Assembly: GCA_010093995.1 (NCBI GenBank) | Contig: ML992504.1 | Span: 310,001-374,000, forward strand | Direction: 5' to 3' | From: Elsinoe ampelina | Taxonomy: Eukaryota | Length of the DNA: 64,000 nucleotides | In this document: positions 61,061 to 64,000 of the stretch, piece after piece | Layout of the letters: each line of letters begins with the position of its first letter | How positions within the stretch are numbered: the stretch's first letter is position 1 | Translations under genes and position numbers: made by a program | The notes under the pieces: generated by a model | The model's database searches: none | Seen by the model: only the letters and a program-made list of their open reading frames with translations | Told to the model about the DNA's origin: nothing

Positions 61061-61259
61061 GTGTTGTGGATGGAGGATGGGGGGACAGGACCGACCTTGA
61101 GTAGTTGACAAAGCACAATGTGGTGGGGTCATCTTCGACATCAGACTCTGGATCAACAACAACACTGGCTCATGTTAGTATAGGTAAGAAGGTGTGGGGA
61201 AGAGGGACTTATCTTGCAAAGGACCAGGAGCTCGAAGGTACCTTGCTAAGAGGTGAGAA

Positions 61260-61391
61260 GTATGTTGCACTGCTTTACTACCGCCGATGAGGAGGACTTT
61301 GTCTCATCGGCAGTCGATTGCAGAGCTTTTGATCTTGGCTGTTGCTGGTCACCATGAAGACATGGATGTCTTCTGATGAAAAGCTGGAGCC
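61260..61391 (-). ncRNA. Sequence-unrelated intronic box H/ACA-like RNA (J)
   Basis: Hairpin 1 with GAAGACAT/ATGTCTTC, H box AGATCA 61330-61335, hairpin 2 ACTGCCGATGAG/CTCATCGGCGGT ending 14 nt before ACA 61263-61265; within GTGAGC...TAG intron 61246-61427. Confidence 0.7.
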
Positions 61392-61993
61392 GGACTTGGT
61401 GTTGTGATGGGAGCAGGTGAGGCTCACAGGAGGTGAAGTGGTTGAGGAGGGGTAAGTTGGTGAGTTTTTCTGTTTGAGGTCAGTTGATGTCGTTGCTGTG
61501 GAGGGTAAGTCTACTTATCTTCTTCTTTTTGGTTATCTGAAAGCTTGGTTGTGATGTGCGATGGTGTTGTTGGAGTAGGTGGTGTTGGTCGAAGCTGGTG
61601 CGACCGGTGAGATGGAGGTTGAAGAGCTCTTAAAAGTTTCAAAAACCATCCAAAGGGTGATGAAAGCTGGTATAGAGCATTAGCTTTGCCAGTAGGAGCT
61701 TGGCTACTTACTTGAGGTTGTTGTTGAGTAAGATGTTGGCTGTTGTCTAAGGAGAAGTGAGGGGAGGGAGGCGGAGGTTGGAGTGAGCTTGCCGGTCGGC
61801 AGCGAGGTAAGTGAGAAGGTAAGAAATTGGCTCGGTGGCCTCTCGTGCATTTGAGTGTGCTAATGTACAGGCTGCTCTTCTGGGTATCTGTCATCGTCGC
61901 CGCCGGCTGAAGAGCGAGCGATAGTCAGTGGCGGTCGCGTGTGGTATGGGTAGAGGGTGAAGGGTCACTTACAGCTCGAGCTCGTCATTATCA

Positions 61994-62205
61994 TCAGCGA
62001 CGGTCAGCTCTCTTCTCCCTCCTCTCCATCATCTCCCACCATACTCTGACGATCATATCGATCGTCGCCGCCGCCCTTGCACCGACGAAATGACGGGCAC
62101 CAAGGCCCCGGAGGAGTGCGCGGATCTCTGCGAGTAAAAAGTCAGTTCGGGGTCTGCGATCACGCGATAATGATTGTAGAAAGACATACCACGCAGGTTG
62201 AACAT
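61994..62205 (-). CDS. Putative 49-aa spliced micro-ORF at the 5' end of the H/ACA host transcript
   Basis: MFNLR|EIRALLRGLGARHFVGARAAATIDMIVRVWWEMMERREKRADRR after removing GTATGT..ACTGAC..CAG intron 62128-62189; ends in four consecutive in-frame stops. Confidence 0.35.
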
Positions 62206-62479
62206 GGTTAGACCGTTGTGATGGTCTTTGATTGCTGTTTGGAAGCTTGGTTGCTTGTGGTGGTTGAGGTTTTGTGGTGATGGTAAGCATGAAGCTAGGG
62301 GGCAAAATTTGAAGCTTTATTCACTGTGCGCGGCTGACGAAAAGGGCCAACCGGAGCAGCAACAATAGGAAGCGAAAATGACTGGTCCTATGGCAACGGA
62401 TTAGGCATAGTCCATGCCGCCCAATCACTGCCCTGTTTTGGAGACTGATTTAGCTGCCTCCTCACGCGACAAAGTCTCC

Positions 62480-63290
62480 TTCTGCAAACACAACACACAT
62501 CACAGTAAGTCGATCAATGGATACTCCAATTGATTGATGAGCTCATCAGCTAACGCGTAGCGCTCAATAGACCATATCGAATCAATCACCGCCTCCTCCG
62601 CCGCCACCACCACCACGTAAGTACACATCTTCCCCTTCACCTCACCCATCGCCTCACCCATCACAATCTACACATCCTCCGCGTACTGCTACTCGTCTGA
62701 ATAGTACTGACGCAAGCTATAGATCCCCCTCTCCACCACCACCACCTCGTAAGTGCTCGTCTACGCCTTCTCTTCCCTCGTGTTTTTGCCCTCGGTGGCC
62801 CCAAACACACACCCCTCTTCAATGACCGTGAGAAAGTACTGACATGTTCTCTAGACCTCCTTCCTCTCCTCCTCCACCTCGTAAGTCTCAATCCGGCCCT
62901 CGACATACTCACCACCATTATCCTCCTTCTACCACATCGCCATCGCCCAAGCACAGCGCTGACCATACCATCAGACCTCCTTCGCCATCAAAGATGGCAG
63001 ACAAAGGCTTCAATGAAGCCATAAAGGTGCACATGATGCGGTTAGTGCTCAGTATAGTATCGACGGAGACGCCAATAATGCTGACAATGACATAGCCACA
63101 TGAGCTGCAAGGTCTGGGCCCAGATGCCCGGACGCAAAGCGTTTGTCGCGGTGGTCGATCCACCAAAGAAGTTTACGCCGCCCCCTCCGTTCCCTCCTCC
63201 CAGGTACGACCTGAAGGAAAAGTGGGTGGAGGCATTGATCTGGAGCGGATGGTACGGACAGGGGTAGACGGGGGACAAGGAGCCTGGTAG
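62480..63290 (+). other. Divergent multi-intron transcript with micro-exons (lncRNA or small-ORF gene)
   Basis: Four canonical GTAAGT..CTRAC..YAG introns: 62505-62560, 62617-62722, 62749-62854, 62881-62974. Confidence 0.6.
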
Positions 63291-63621
63291 TTTTTTCAAG
63301 GTCATGTACTACCAGATGACAACCGGCGGACATCAGAAGCTTGCGGCAGAAGAAGCCAGCAGAAGCCAGCAACAAACATCAAAGCAAATGAAGTAACTTT
63401 GCCTTTCTCCCCACAATCAATTGTCCATGTCTTGCCCCTCGTGCGGCTCTGTAGCACAGGGCTTGGCGTCTGTGGTCCCTCCCGCAATCGTGCAATCTCT
63501 GGGGATACATTCCGCTTTCCGCTCACCGACTTCGCGGCTTCCTCACTCATTTTTGTGCAAGAACCCTCCGCTCTCGGAGTCGTTGAGTCGGAGCATTGGC
63601 GACCCTGGAAGCAAGGTCAAA

Positions 63622-64000
63622 ATGTCATGGCCTGCGACACCTGTCCAAGGTCTACCTCAGCAATCGCCTCTACAAAGTCCACAGACGGCGAGTATTCCGC
63701 GCAAGCGCAAAAAGTCGAATGACGTCGAAGACCAGAGCGATGAGGGGGAACACGGGTCTGGTCAGAGGGGTCGCAATCAAGGCGTGAAGAGAGCCTGTAA
63801 TGAATGCAGACAGCAGAAGGTATGGTCAATATGGGGCTAACACGCGCATGGAGGCTGACTCTTTTCATAGTTGCGATGCGACGTGCAGACCGAACCTGTC
63901 TACCAACCCTGTAAACGATGCATGAAGCACAAGCTGCACTGTGCGATTGACCCCGGCTTCAAGAGACAAGAAAAGCGCCAACAATATGCGGAACTTGAGA
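63622..64000 (+). CDS. Zn2Cys6 transcription factor, Leu3/LeuB-like N-terminus (intron 63820-63870; continues beyond window)
   Basis: VKRACNECRQQK|LRCDV....PCKRCMKHKLHCAIDPGFKR.EKR. Confidence 0.88.

Larger units (their letters stand above)
58659..61095 (-). repeat. Tandem array of nine homologous exon+intron units (period ~240-310 bp)
   Basis: Introns at 58659-58879, 58942-59173, 59235-59471, 59533-59765, 59814-60048, 60125-60330, 60382-60603, 60642-60854, 60881-61095. Each ends in branch site GCTGAC plus CAG; exons are 26-76 nt. Confidence 0.92.

Noticed and set aside
58659..61095. CRISPR-like or protein-coding repeat interpretation of the array
   Set aside because: Eukaryotic context, 240-310-bp diverged units, no cas genes, no conserved open frame; splice signals and H/ACA boxes explain the conserved blocks.
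58659..61095. HDV-like or hammerhead ribozyme repeats (GTCCCAGC, GGCAACA fragments)
   Set aside because: Motif order is wrong for the HDV double pseudoknot and no CTGANGA/GAAA core is conserved.
58659..61095. Introner-like elements
   Set aside because: Those are dispersed in coding genes; here the units are tandem, with non-coding exons and conserved H/ACA geometry. Not fully excluded without a genome-wide search.
61165..64000. Telomerase RNA upstream of the ATAAGT sites
   Set aside because: No TAACCCTAA template seen on the minus strand in this interval.

Overview
Filamentous ascomycete (Pezizomycotina-type) genomic DNA with spliceosomal introns. 1-~9240 is an AT-rich, RIP-riddled nested transposon block: a chromodomain Ty3/Gypsy element (pol, two antisense cargo ORF relics, PPT, 3' LTR) inserted into a PIF/Harbinger element (DDE transposase plus convergent Myb/SANT gene). 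~9.6-46 kb is gene-dense: TRP/FLC-like membrane protein, PRE8, Zn-ADH, divergent SOA1/AstA-like MFS + TauD pair, RAD7, SNU66, a TAP-like hydrolase pseudogene, a PIR cell-wall protein, choline sulfatase, PTH2, an intronic snR190-U14 snoRNA cluster, PtaB/Mfg1, VMA2, ENT3 and a cyclophilin. ~46-64 kb is poor in recognisable genes (PUT1, start of a Leu3-like Zn2Cys6 factor). It holds the most striking feature: a minus-strand multi-intron host transcript (~58.3-62.3 kb) with nine tandem homologous exon+intron units. Each intron encodes a hairpin-boxH-hairpin-ACA RNA with covarying stems but a variable guide pocket. A tenth unrelated H/ACA-like RNA and several AUAAGU/C-type non-canonical 5' splice sites are also present. 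All calls come from reading the sequence by eye; no searches or folding programs were run.
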